From Heteronotia binoei (Eukaryota), in contig NC_083235.1 in the NCBI RefSeq assembly GCF_032191835.1, positions 23,994,001 through 24,058,000 of the forward strand: DNA of 64,000 bases, in the 5' to 3' direction. Every line of letters starts with the position of its first letter. The first letter of the stretch is position 1. Below are positions 10,441 through 22,400 of the stretch, one piece after another. The notes beneath the pieces are model-generated. The model ran no database searches. It was not told the DNA's origin and saw nothing but the letters and a program-made list of their open reading frames with translations. The translations under genes and the position numbers were made by a program.

Positions 10441-13400
10441 ATCCCAGAAAAAAAAATCAAATTCCANNNNNNNNNNNNNNNNNNNNNNNNNNNNNNNNNN
10501 NNNNNNNNNNNNNNNNNNNNNNNNNNNNNNNNNNNNNNNNNNNNNNNNNNNNNNNNNNNNNNNNNNNNNNNNNNNNNNNNNNNNNNNNNNNNNNNNNNNN
10601 NNNNNNNNNNNNNNNNNNNNNNNNNNNNNNNNNNNNNNNNNNNNNNNNNNNNNNNNNNNNNNNNNNNNNNNNNNNNNNNNNNNNNNNNNNNNNNNNNNNN
10701 NNNNNNNNNNNNNNNNNGGAAAAAGACTGACAGAAAGAAAGAAAGAAAAAAAGAGAGAGGGGGGAGTGGGAAATAAGACAAACAGAGAAAAAGAAAGAAG
10801 GAAGAAAATAAAGTGAATAGACAGAAAGAAAAATGAATGAATGAATTTAACATGTGCATATAATCACTGCGATGTTCAAAAAATATTTTGCCAAGAGGCA
10901 GCTTGGATCTATAGGTTAAAAACATTTATGCCTCATGGACTTAATACAAATTTAGATCTATCACGTTATTTATAGGAGTTTAAGACTATTTGTAATGTAA
11001 CAATACTTGCATGCTGACATTTTCTTCAATTAATGATATAATTAGAAATGAGAAATTTATTGAACAAGCGTATATGCATTATATTTTATTTATTGGATAT
11101 TCTATCAGTCAGATATTAATAATTAAGTTCACACTTGTGATTTGTTGCTTTAAGTACGTGACAGTTTCACATGTAGCTGCGTGGAATTACAAGGGTTTAA
11201 GAAAGGCACCGCTATCAGTCTGTTTAGAGAGCCTTGTGCTGGCTAACATTAGAACAGAAGGCTTCGTACCTAGTATGAAAAGATGAAAGGGCCAGCTTAC
11301 TTCCTATATAGAGCTATAAATCATAGGTAAGTCTAAATTGTTTAGTTTTTGTCCCTGAAGAATATTTAAATTCCATTCAGCTACTTGGTGGCCTTTCTGT
11401 TGTACTCTTCATGGTCAATTCTAGGGAAATAACCACAGAGGGAAGATCTATTAAGAATACCTTCTGAGGAAGATTCATCACAAAACGAGCTTACATCTGG
11501 ATGTTATCAATTCATTACAGAAGCTGTCCTCAGCAGCATCACAAGGCTGGGACCTTTCTTAATTTACATTACAGGGTCACATTAATTGTGCATATCTTTG
11601 CTATCTACTTGGAGAGCTAATTTGGTGCAGTGGTTAAGAGCACGAACACTAACTGAAAGAACCATATTCGAATCCCCACTCCTCTACATGCAGCCAGCTG
11701 AATGACCTTGGGCAAATCACAGTTCTCTCGTAGCTGCTCTTTCAAGAGCAGTTCTTGAAAGAGCTCTCTCGAAAGAGCTCTCTCAGGTGTCTGTTGTGGG
11801 GAGGTGAAGCAAAAAGGAGACTGTAAATGGCTCTGAGACTCTGAGTGAGGGGCGGAGTATAAATCCAATCTCCTCCTCTTCTTCTATGCAATGTAACTTC
11901 ATTATAAAGCTTAGTAGCTATTATTCACAGTGATTAACACTGCTTAGGACAGCGCTTTACATCACTGGCTGAAGCCATAAGACTTCATGACTTCTACATT
12001 CTTAGAACGCAGGGCTTTTTTTTTTAGCAGGAATGCACAGGAACTCTGTTCTGGCTGGCTTGGTGTCAGGGAACATGGCCTAATATGCAAATGAGTTCCT
12101 GCTGGGCTTTTTCTGCAAAAAATGGTGATGTAGGGGGGCGTGGCTTAATGAGTTCCTGCTGGGCTTTTTCTACAAAAAAGCCCTGTTGGAATGTATAGTA
12201 CAGAGGCCTTCAATACAGTGCTCATGGGCCCCATGGCACCTTCCGGCAGCTTTATGGCAGCCAACAAAAGATTTTAGAAAGTGGGTGAAGCCAAGTGGAG
12301 CTTCTGCCCAGCGAGGCTTCTGATTGGCTACTGGAGATCTGAGTGGGTGTGCAGATTCTTACAAACATCATTTTGGCAGCAGCTGCCACTACAGCACAAG
12401 GATTTGCACAGTGTGACCGAAGGTAAGCTGCTGCAACTGTTTTGCAGTTGTCTCCGCCTCCAGTGGCATCCATGTGGCATCCATGTGCCTACCATACTAC
12501 ATCAAAATTCCAAAGTTGCCTGCATATTAAAAACATCTGGGATCCACTGATACAATAGTATCAGCAAAAGGAAGGGGAAGGAGATGTTTTCTTGTCTCTG
12601 TTTTCATGAAACCATGGCAATACTGTGGCCTGCTGTCAATTCAAGTAGAGCTATCCCACAGTTCTCTTTGGCACAGAGCAAAACCACAGGACAGTTTGTT
12701 ATATAAACATCAAAGTTACTAAAAGCTTTCTTCCACGGCAGAGTACTTTTATTTCATACTGTGCCAAAGGAATGACATGTTATTTCTTTCGCCAGTTAAC
12801 AGAGTCATGCTTCCTTTAACTTGTAGAACACTTTCTAATACCTCTACACACTGGGCTACAGATACACCAGGAATCTTTAAGTATTTTTGAGACACAAGGC
12901 AAGAACTGAAAAAAACAATCTACACCAAAATGTCCTGGCAGCCCTTGATGTCCTTTGTTCTTTAAAAGAACTCGATAGCTGAACTACCGGGTTCCCCCAT
13001 TTCATGCACAATAGAGACACAAGCACCTGGCAGATCAGTAGTAGAGAGTTGCCACTTACTCAGAGTAAGTAGGATCAGTATGGATCCCAGGATTCCCACT
13101 GAGATTGGATACGGATCCCATTAAGTCCTGTTCCGGCAGAACCAAGCTGGGAGGTCTAGAATGAAACACAAACTGTGTTAGCATCCTTTCCCCCCTCCCC
13201 GGTTTAAAGTTTTTATTAAATTTCCACAGAGGGGAAAGGGAAGGGGAATGAGGGAATAGCTAGACATAAAGAATACATAAAGAAATATTACATTCTGCAT
13301 ATCGATATGACAATAAGAGTAAAAAGGCAATAGAATAAGTCAATAAATTCAAAATACATTCAAAATAACGATTGTTAGCATCCATTTTTTTTAAAGTGCA

Positions 13401-16400
13401 AAATCTGCCAATGGATGGGTTTGCACCTGCCAGCAAGACATCAAACATATGTAATACACCTCAGCCAGAAGATCTACTGGTGGCCCAATGTTTGGTTCTG
13501 GCAAGTTGTGCATTCAGTGTATGCCTGGGACACACACACACACAATCTCTATGATCTCAGTCACAGCCAGCCAGAATCTGACCAATTTCCCATACAGCCC
13601 AGCAGGTTTTTCATAACAGCATTTGGAATTCAAATGCCTAAAGGAAATGTAAACACTAGATGACAACAGTGGAGGGATTCCTCCCCCCATATGCTGCCCC
13701 ATGATAACATTTAAACAGCAAGGTTATTGGGGCAAAGAACTCTTCTTTCTGGGCATATGCTGCTAAGACTACCTTTATTTCATACTGTGTCAAAGAAATA
13801 CCATGCAATCTCTTTCACCAATTTAGTAGTGCTTATTTTTAATTTGGAGAAAACTTTCTAGTACTTCTACATACTAAGCTATGGATACAGCTGGATTCTT
13901 GACGTGTGTTTCAGAAGGAGGGCAGGGATTGTGTAAAACAATCCACACTGAAATGTCAAAGCAGCACTTTGTCCTATTTCCTTAAAAGGTGGGCTGTAAA
14001 ACAGGGATGCCAGCCTCCAGGTGGGACCTGGGGATCCCCTGGAATTGCAGCTCATTCTCCAAACACAGAGATCTGTTCCCCTGGAGAAAATGGAGGCTTC
14101 AGAGGGTGGACTCTGTGGCATTACACCCCAGAGATCCCTGTTCTCCCCAGCTCTATCCCCAAATCTCTAGGATTCCCCAACCTGGATCTGGCCACCCTAC
14201 CTGCGCCCCAAATACCTGGCAATCTTAGCTATAATCCTTTCTAGCTGAACTACTATGTTCCTCCATTTCAAATTTCAGGCTATTCACATTCTTTGTCAAT
14301 GACTTTCCATCAGTGTTTCCTCTAAGTTGAGCTAGCGTGAACTAGCTCACAGTTTTTTAGCCTCTGGCTCACACATTTTTGCCTTAGCTCAGAAAAAATG
14401 GCCCTGGAGCAACTTAATTTATGCAGTAGCTCATAACCTTAATGCCAGTAGCTCATGAAATAGAATTTTTGCTCACAAGACTCCACAGCTTAGAGGGAGG
14501 ATTGCTTCGCATATCTTATTCATGCTGGGAGAAATAATGGGGCAATGTGTGTATTTATCTAACATATTTTTCTCGATGTGTGTCTTTATCTAATATATTT
14601 TTTATTCTCACTCTTACAGAGAACCACTAAGAAATTCCATTGGCACCCTTTCTGGTACTGTATCATACAGAGAAAGTCACAATGCAGACACAAGCGCCCA
14701 GAAGATTAGCAGTAGAGACTTGTCACTTACCCAGGGTAAAGATCAGTAGGGATTCCAGGACTCATGTTAAGATTGGACACGGAGTTGTGTAAATTCTGTT
14801 CTTGTGGAGCCGGGTCTGAAGATCTGGAATTGAACACAAGCTTACGTTAGCATCCATTTTTTAAAAAATGCAAAATCTACCTATGAGGGGGTTTGCGCCA
14901 GCTGGCTCATCACTCGCAGACCAGTGACACCTTGCTCAAGTGAACTGAAGTATCATAAAATGGAAACAGAGCTTTCAGACCACCACAGCTCACACAATAC
15001 TTTTCAACCAAGGCATTTCATAAAGCAGGAGTGGCCAAACATAAGAGCCATATAGAATATACATCAGATGTTTGAGAGCTGCAAGACACGAACATCAGAG
15101 GAAGGAAGGAAGGAAGATTAGATGGGGGATGGAGGAGGGAAGGAGAGGTGGAATGAAAGCAATTTTAAATGCATTCTCCAAGTCACTGGCTGGCTTGGCT
15201 TGGAGAAGTGATTTAAAGAGAGATATGCCTTCTCTAAGCCAGCCAACGAGGCAGTGGAGCCTTCGAAAGCCACACAATAAGTGTGAAAGAGTCACATGTG
15301 GCTCCTGAGCCACAGTTTGGCTACCCCTGTCATAGAGCTTGTTCCTTTACACACTGCAATTCACTGCTACAAGTTATAGAGAGAAGGCAGAACAAATTCA
15401 TGAGGGATACAGATGAGACATACACACACAATCAGAGTTCTAAGCAACACAACCTGGCACTCTAACCAATTTTCCTTATAGCATAGCATGTTTTTCATAA
15501 CACCATCTGATACCCAAATACCTACATGAAACGTAACCACCAGATGATAACAGTGGAGAAATCCCTCCCCCCTTTTTCAGTTGTTTCCCCATGATAACAT
15601 TTAGATGGCAAGGTCTTTAGGGCAGAGAATTAGCTTCCTGGCATATGCTGCTAAGTGCCACGTGTAGTGATGTACACTTAAAAAAACCCCACCACTTCAC
15701 TTCCAGATATCCATTGCCGTACTAATGATACATCTAAGGTACTGCTTGCCAAAGTGGTAAGCGAATTGGAAGCTAGGAGTGGTCTTCAGAGCTCACCACA
15801 CCCCAAGGAAGGTTCAGAGGGGCAGAGGCAATCTTCATTCATCTGAGCCATGCAAAGGGAAAATTCAAGCACTCACGTGCCCACGGTTATCCTTATCTGG
15901 GTTGGGATGTATTCTTTGTTGGTCTTCCTTGGTAACTCTTCTGTAGGAAGAAATATACCCAGTGCTGAAATGCTCCAGGCACAAAACCAGGCCCAATTTT
16001 CTCATGACAAAAGTACCCCAAGCAACAGCATTATTTCTCCAGAGCACAAAAATGAGATCTTAAGCTTTCTGCCTTGAACTGCCAGTTGAGTTGAACTTTT
16101 TGACTGCACAGGGATCACTGGAGCTTCCAGTTAAGGATTTAGCTTGTGATTTGATGTCCCAATAGAAAGGGCACAGCAGATCACCTGACAACCTTTTATT
16201 CCATGCGACGTCCCCAACATGACGATGTCACTTCTATGTGATGTTATCACACGGGGGACATTGCTCGACATCCCAGCTCCCTCTGGGAATGTCCCCCAAG
16301 CCCCGCCCCCCAACTGGCATGCAGGTAAAGGTAATCCCCTGTGCAAGCACTGAGTTATTACCACAGCATGATGTTTTCTTGGCAACCTTTTTTTACAGGG

Positions 16401-19400
16401 CTGAGTCAACCTTGAGCCAGCTACCTGAACCCAGCTTCCACCAGGATCAGACTCGGGTCGTGAGCAGAGCTTGGACTGCAGCTTTAACACTCTGCGCCAC
16501 AGGGCTCCATAGGCATGCAGGAGGACCTGGCAACCCTGAAGTCTGCTCCTGCCCATCAAGGACCAAAGAAATGAATTTTGCATTCCTGGGAATAGACAGA
16601 CACAGCAGATACAAGCAGAATAAAGCCCTGTTCTCCCCTTCTGCTCACCGTTAAAGTAGTTCCGGAATGCCTCTTTTTTAGGCCTGTTAGGATACAGTAT
16701 CTGAATCTCCTCCAGATCCCGAACACAGTCGGCAAGGGAACGAACTGACAAGTTTGCTGCTGTGAACGGCTGGATGTTCTCTACTTGACAGGAACCTGAA
16801 GTGAGCAAAAGAAGAAAAGCAATGTGGGTGGGTTACATTGGAAAGCATCTGCCCTCTGCCCTGAGCATTGTCCCACTATAGGAAAGATCAACATTAGTAG
16901 CAAGTGACGGCCCTTAAGCTACTGTTGAAGATGATGATATTGAATTTATATCCCGCCCTATACTCTGAATCTCACAATCTCCTTTACCTCCCCCCCCACC
17001 ACACACACACACAAAACAGACACCCTGTGAGGTAGGTGGGGCTGAGAGAGCTCTTGCAGCAGCTGCCCTTTCAAGGACAACTCCAGAGCTATGGCTGACC
17101 CAAGGCCATTCCAGAAGGTGCAAGTGGAGGAGTGGGGAATCAAACCCGGTTCTCCCAGATAAGAGTCCGCACACTTCACCACTACACCAAACTGGCTGCT
17201 GATTGCTGTTTCACGCAGAAGGAAAAATGCATCCGCTAGGTGCTGTGGATACAGATCGCTGGGTGAATAAAGCTCGTGATTTGCTTGACGTCCCAGCTCC
17301 CTCTGGCTTGCACAGACAGATGCCTCCCATGTTTATTTGCATGGCTTCGTGTTGCAGGCTGAGTAACCCACGAGAGGAGCCACTGGCTAGGAAGAGGGCT
17401 CCAGTCCTTCCTAGACAGCCAGTTCTGCTCTGGACCTTCACTAGGAACAGATCCCACATTCCCTCTGGGCGTTTGCTCAGAGACTGCACTCAACCCAGTG
17501 CATGTGGCCTTAACGAGGGATCTACTTTTCCACCACACCTGGAAGTGACTAATCAGTGACTATCCACAGGATGTGGTATGAAGTCACAAGCTGTTCTGCA
17601 TCACGGCCCAGGAAGAGAGCTGATGCTAAAAGCCCCGCTATGTTTCCCTTCCCCATTCTGTTTTCTCCAGCTGGAAAAAGCTGGCGCTGCAGAAAGGACG
17701 GATTTGTGACTCTGTTTCCTCTGCCTCAGCAATCCAGCAGGGTGGCGACATACATTTCGAAGGGGGGAAAGGCAAAATGTGAATGAGCTGTAGCGTAGCC
17801 ATGTCTGCGAAAGCCAAGTCAAGAACATGTGACCCAGTGATGTGCCAGCACTGCTATCTGTGTTTGCAGCTGAAGTCTCCAAAAGTCTGCATTCCTCACC
17901 CGATAAAGCAAACTAACCTTTAACACCAATCCTGTTTTCTTAAAACTATAGTAGTTTGCAGTTCATGTTGTGCTACTAACGTACCATAGATAAAGTAGTA
18001 CTATTCTTAAAAGTATGTTAAGAAGGAAATATATATTGCTTTTCTATTGGTTTAGATTTGGTGCAGTCTTGAGTGGTCACTGTGCAATCGGTGTACGAGT
18101 TCTGCAAGTTCCTGATGTCAATTTGCCTTTATATGCTTATGCTTTTGTCCATAATGTTGCCAGTGTCTTGAACTTTTGTAGGGATACTTTCTTTCTTTCT
18201 TTTTGGTGTTTTGACATGTGCATGTCTGCATGTGCATGTGTGAATGTGTGTGTGCACCTGGAAGTCAAGGTGACCTCTGGTGACTGACCTCTACCTGGAG
18301 CCTGGAGGATATTCAGAGAGGTGGCTGAATAAAGCCTGCCCCTACCTCCCGACTGCTGGTATTCCAAGGAGGTCTCCCATCCAAGTACTTGCCAGAGTTG
18401 GCCCTGCTTAGTTTCCAAGAAATGATAAGATTGGGCTTGCCTGGGCTATCCAGGGCAGGGCAGGACAGAGACTTTCCTTGACCACGACCAATTGAATAAT
18501 AATAAGATATTGGATTTATATCCTGCCCTTTATTCAGAGTCTCAGAGCAGTCGCAATCTCATCTACCTCCCCAACCCCCTCCACAACAGACACCCTGTGA
18601 GGTAGGTGGGGCTGAGAGAGCTTTTTACAGCAGCTGCCCTTTCAAGGACAACTTGAAATTTGAAAGGACAATTTCAGCAAGTGCAAGTGGAGGAGTGGGG
18701 AATGAAACCCGGTTCTCCCAGATAAGAGTCTGCACACTTAACCACTACACCAAACTGGCTCTCAATAAAGACTTTGCTTCTCATGCGCACAGATCCTAGG
18801 CAATTAGTATTAAAGCATGGTAGATCCAGATGTGGTGGCAGCCCTCTACCATTATATTGAATCAGACCCTCGCTCCATCAAAGTCGGTATTGTCTGCTCA
18901 GACTGGCAGTGGCTCTCCGGGGTCTGAGGCCTTCTCTTCCCTCATTGCTCCCACCATTGGGGAGGTGGCAAACCTGGCAAGCACGCATTGGCCTGCTCAT
19001 AGGATCCATCTGGGTGGTGGCATTGGGTCTGGTGGCGCCACCCGGGGCTGCCACTTGCTGTGGCTGCCAGGATCTGCCCTGAGCTTCTTTTGGTGCCCAC
19101 TCCCCCAGCCCCAGAAACCTAGATCTGCTTGATAGACAGGCCTGTTCTGCGGGAAGCACTGCATGCAAAGCACTAGGGTTGCCACTGAACAGTGGACCTT
19201 CCCAAGCATCCTGTGTGCTCACTGCATTAGCTACAAACCTATCATTAGCAACTGTTTGGGGTTTCTCAAAGTTGACAGAGAAACTCTGGATTCACTTGAA
19301 GAGGTTCAAATAAATGTAAAATTATGTTCAATAGAAAGAAGATATTACATGATCCGCCTGAAGTAGCACCATTGCCATTTATCTGATTGTTTTATTGTTT

Positions 19401-22400
19401 TAATGTTGCTTTTGTTGTGGCGCAGAGTGTAGGATGCCCCGTGGCACAGAGTGTTAAAGCTGCAGTACTGCAGTCCTAAGCTCTGCTCATGACCTGAGTT
19501 CGATCCCAGTGGAAGCTGGGTTCAGCTGGCTTGAGGTTGACTCAGCCTTCCACCCTTCTGAGGTCGGTAAAATGAGTACCCAGCTTGCTGAGGGGAAAGT
19601 GTAGATGACTGGGGAAGGCAATGGCAAAATACCCTGTAAAAAGTCTGCTGTGAAAACACTGTGAAAGCAACGTCACCCCAGAGTTGGAAACGACTGATGC
19701 TTGCACAGGGGACCTTTCCTTTTCTTTTGTTTACTGTCTATTTTATGTTGTTAGCCACCTTGAGTCTGTATAGAATGTGAGGGATATAAATATAAATAAA
19801 AAAATCAAATAATGCAGCTTTGTGCATCCATAGTTTGTGCTCACTAATACTACATGGGCCAGGGATCATATTGCTGCATCTCTAACCTACTCCTTTGTTA
19901 CTTACCTGCCATTTTCCACATACATATATGTATAGAGCAGGGGTAGCCAAACTGCAGCTCGGGAGCCACATGTGGCTCTTTCACACATCTTTGTGGCTCT
20001 TGAAGCCCCCACCATCCCATCAGCTAGCTCGGAGAAGGCATTTTTCTCTTTAAACCACTTCTCCAAGCCAAGCCAGTCAATGGCTTGGAGAATGCATTCA
20101 AAGTTACTTTCTTTCCACCACTCCCTTCCTCTCCCATCCATATGCCTTCCTTCCTTCACCCTTATCCAAGAGGGGACTGGATAAACATATGGAGCAGAGG
20201 TCCATCAGTGGCTGTTAGCCACCAGGTACAGATGGAACGCTCTGTCTGGGGCAAGTGATCCTTCCTTCCTTCCTTCCTTCCTTCCTTCCTTCCTTCCTTC
20301 CTTCCTTCCTTCCTTCCTTCCTTCCTTCCTTCCTTCCTTCCTTCCTTCCTGTGTTGTGGCTCTCAAACATCTGACATTCATGTCTTGTGGCTCTTAAACA
20401 TATTATGTTTATTCTATGCAGTTCTTATATTTAGCAGGTCTGGCCACCTCTGGTATGGAGGAAGATAGATTTTGTTGCTTCATTGCAAGGATGTGGTGCA
20501 CTGGAAAGCTCCTGTTTTTGATGCATCAAATGTTTTCAATGCATATACTGAAGTTAGAAGCAGATTCAGCAATGCTGCCCCAGGTGGACATGTTCCTCCC
20601 ATTCCCGGCCCTCCTCCAAAAAACCCTTCCCATTGTTTTATTATCTCCATACAAATTCTAATAAAATATTATGAACTAAAAAAACCTACCATTCGGCAAG
20701 CGGATGACGTAAGCGATGCTGATGCCGCCTATCAAGGAATCACTGAAACGGAGCAGGAAGGTACCTGCTGGGGCATTGCCCAGGCGACTGGAGACATAGT
20801 CCTTGCTGACAAAACCCATGATAAGCCTGCGTGGGACAGAGAGAAGAAAAAGGAGGGGGGATCAATAGACAGCACTAAAACCACTCTCAGCTTTAGTGGA
20901 TAAGGGGAAAATAAAAGTGGATAAGGGAGAAACCACATCCCTGCAGTTAGGGCGTTTATGGAAGAGAAGAAGCAGAACTTTCAGATCCTTCAGCAGTTGG
21001 TGAGTCTCAGAATGAAACTAGATGCAGCCAATTCTCCCTCTAAACTGTGGAGTCTTGTGAGCAAAAATCCTTCTTTGCGAGCTACTGGCATTAAAGTTGT
21101 GTTGCTCTGGGGCCCTTTTTCCTGAGCTAAGACAAAAATGTGTGAGCTGGAGGCTAAAAAACTGTGAGCTAACTCACCCTAACTCATCTTAGAGGGAACA
21201 CTGAATGCAGGCATTTTTTTTTCTGAATCAAGGAACACCACAAAGGACAAGACTGCTTCACTCCGCTCTGGATCTTTTTAAGAATCAAAACTGTCATAGG
21301 AGGTGGTGGCAGCTACATGCATAGATGGCTTCAAGAGGGGATTGGATAAACATATGGAGCAGAGGTCCATCAGTGGCTGTTAGCCACCAGGTACAGATGG
21401 AATGCTCTGTCTGGGGCAAGTGATGCTCTGTATTCTTGGTGCTGCGGGTGGGGGGTGAGAACAGTGGGAGGGCTTCTAGTGTCCTGGTCCCACTGGTGAA
21501 CCTCCTGATGGCACCTGGCTTTTTTGGCCACTGTGTGACAGTGTTGGATTGGATTGGCCATTGGCCTGATCCAACATGGCTTCTTGTGTCCTCCCCAAAT
21601 CGTTGTTTCATCTGCAGAGGAAAAGATATAAAGGTTCCTGCCCCTCTCACTTTGCAGGAGAACAAAGAACCTGAGATGGAGCTATCTGAGCTGAAAAAAA
21701 TAGGACAGGAAATGTGCAGCCTCTACCCCATCTACCAGCGGAAACTGACCATGAGATCTGAGCCACTGTGACGATCACACACAACCTCCTAAAGTAGGAA
21801 GCACTCTTTCATTTCCAATATTTACCATTTGTTTATTTTTAAAGCCTAAAGTTTTTACATGGGTCCAGAATCCTCTGCTCTAAAAACCAGTGTTTTCTCC
21901 CCCTCCTGCTCTTTTCTATATATAAGTTCCAAGCATATGCTTCTGTTCATAGCTGCTGAATTAGTCATTAATTCCTCACTTGCTGAGCAGCAGATAAGCT
22001 TACGTACCAAGAAAATGAAAGTACGCTCTCGTCAAAGGAGGATGTCAGCTATATATAAGTGCCTAGCTTGTACACAAGGGCACAAACAACACTCAACTCG
22101 ACAGTCACGTTCATTTGCATTTTCCTATAAGCTGAAGAAAGGGTTTTGAACATGACATAAATAGACGAGAGAGGGGTAGGGAGTCGGGACCATGGCCCAG
22201 TGGTAATACATGTTCTTTGCATGTCCCCAGCATCTCCATTTAAAAGGCAATGTGAAAGACCTCTGAGACCCTGGAGAAGTTTTCCATCTGTCTGTTTTAT
22301 GTGTTTTAGTTATTTTCCCATTTTTTGTGGGGCAAAATATTAGAAAGTTTATCAAGAGTTCAGTAAAATTATCAAAGGAGGTTTGAACAATGGAGCCCAG

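Larger units (their letters stand above)
9403..11935. repeat. Inverted duplication, arms about 9403-10126 and 11221-11935
   Basis: The arms are reverse complements over unique-looking sequence, with a SINE at the equivalent position in each. Confidence 0.85.
12730..15655. repeat. Tandem duplication of a ~1-kb intron+exon unit (about 12730-13790 and 13790-15655, each with private insertions)
   Basis: Colinear shared blocks: tttatttcatactgtg (12737/13795), the exon, gttagcatccattttt, catgataacattt...gcatatgctgctaag. Confidence 0.88.

Noticed and set aside
10272-10925. Long ORFs with IYIYIY or X runs (also 2-400, 5097-5452, 40373-40736)
   Set aside because: Artefacts of (TA)n microsatellites and N gaps.
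15693-15772. Possible exon right after the pY exon
   Set aside because: Stop codon in the required phase.
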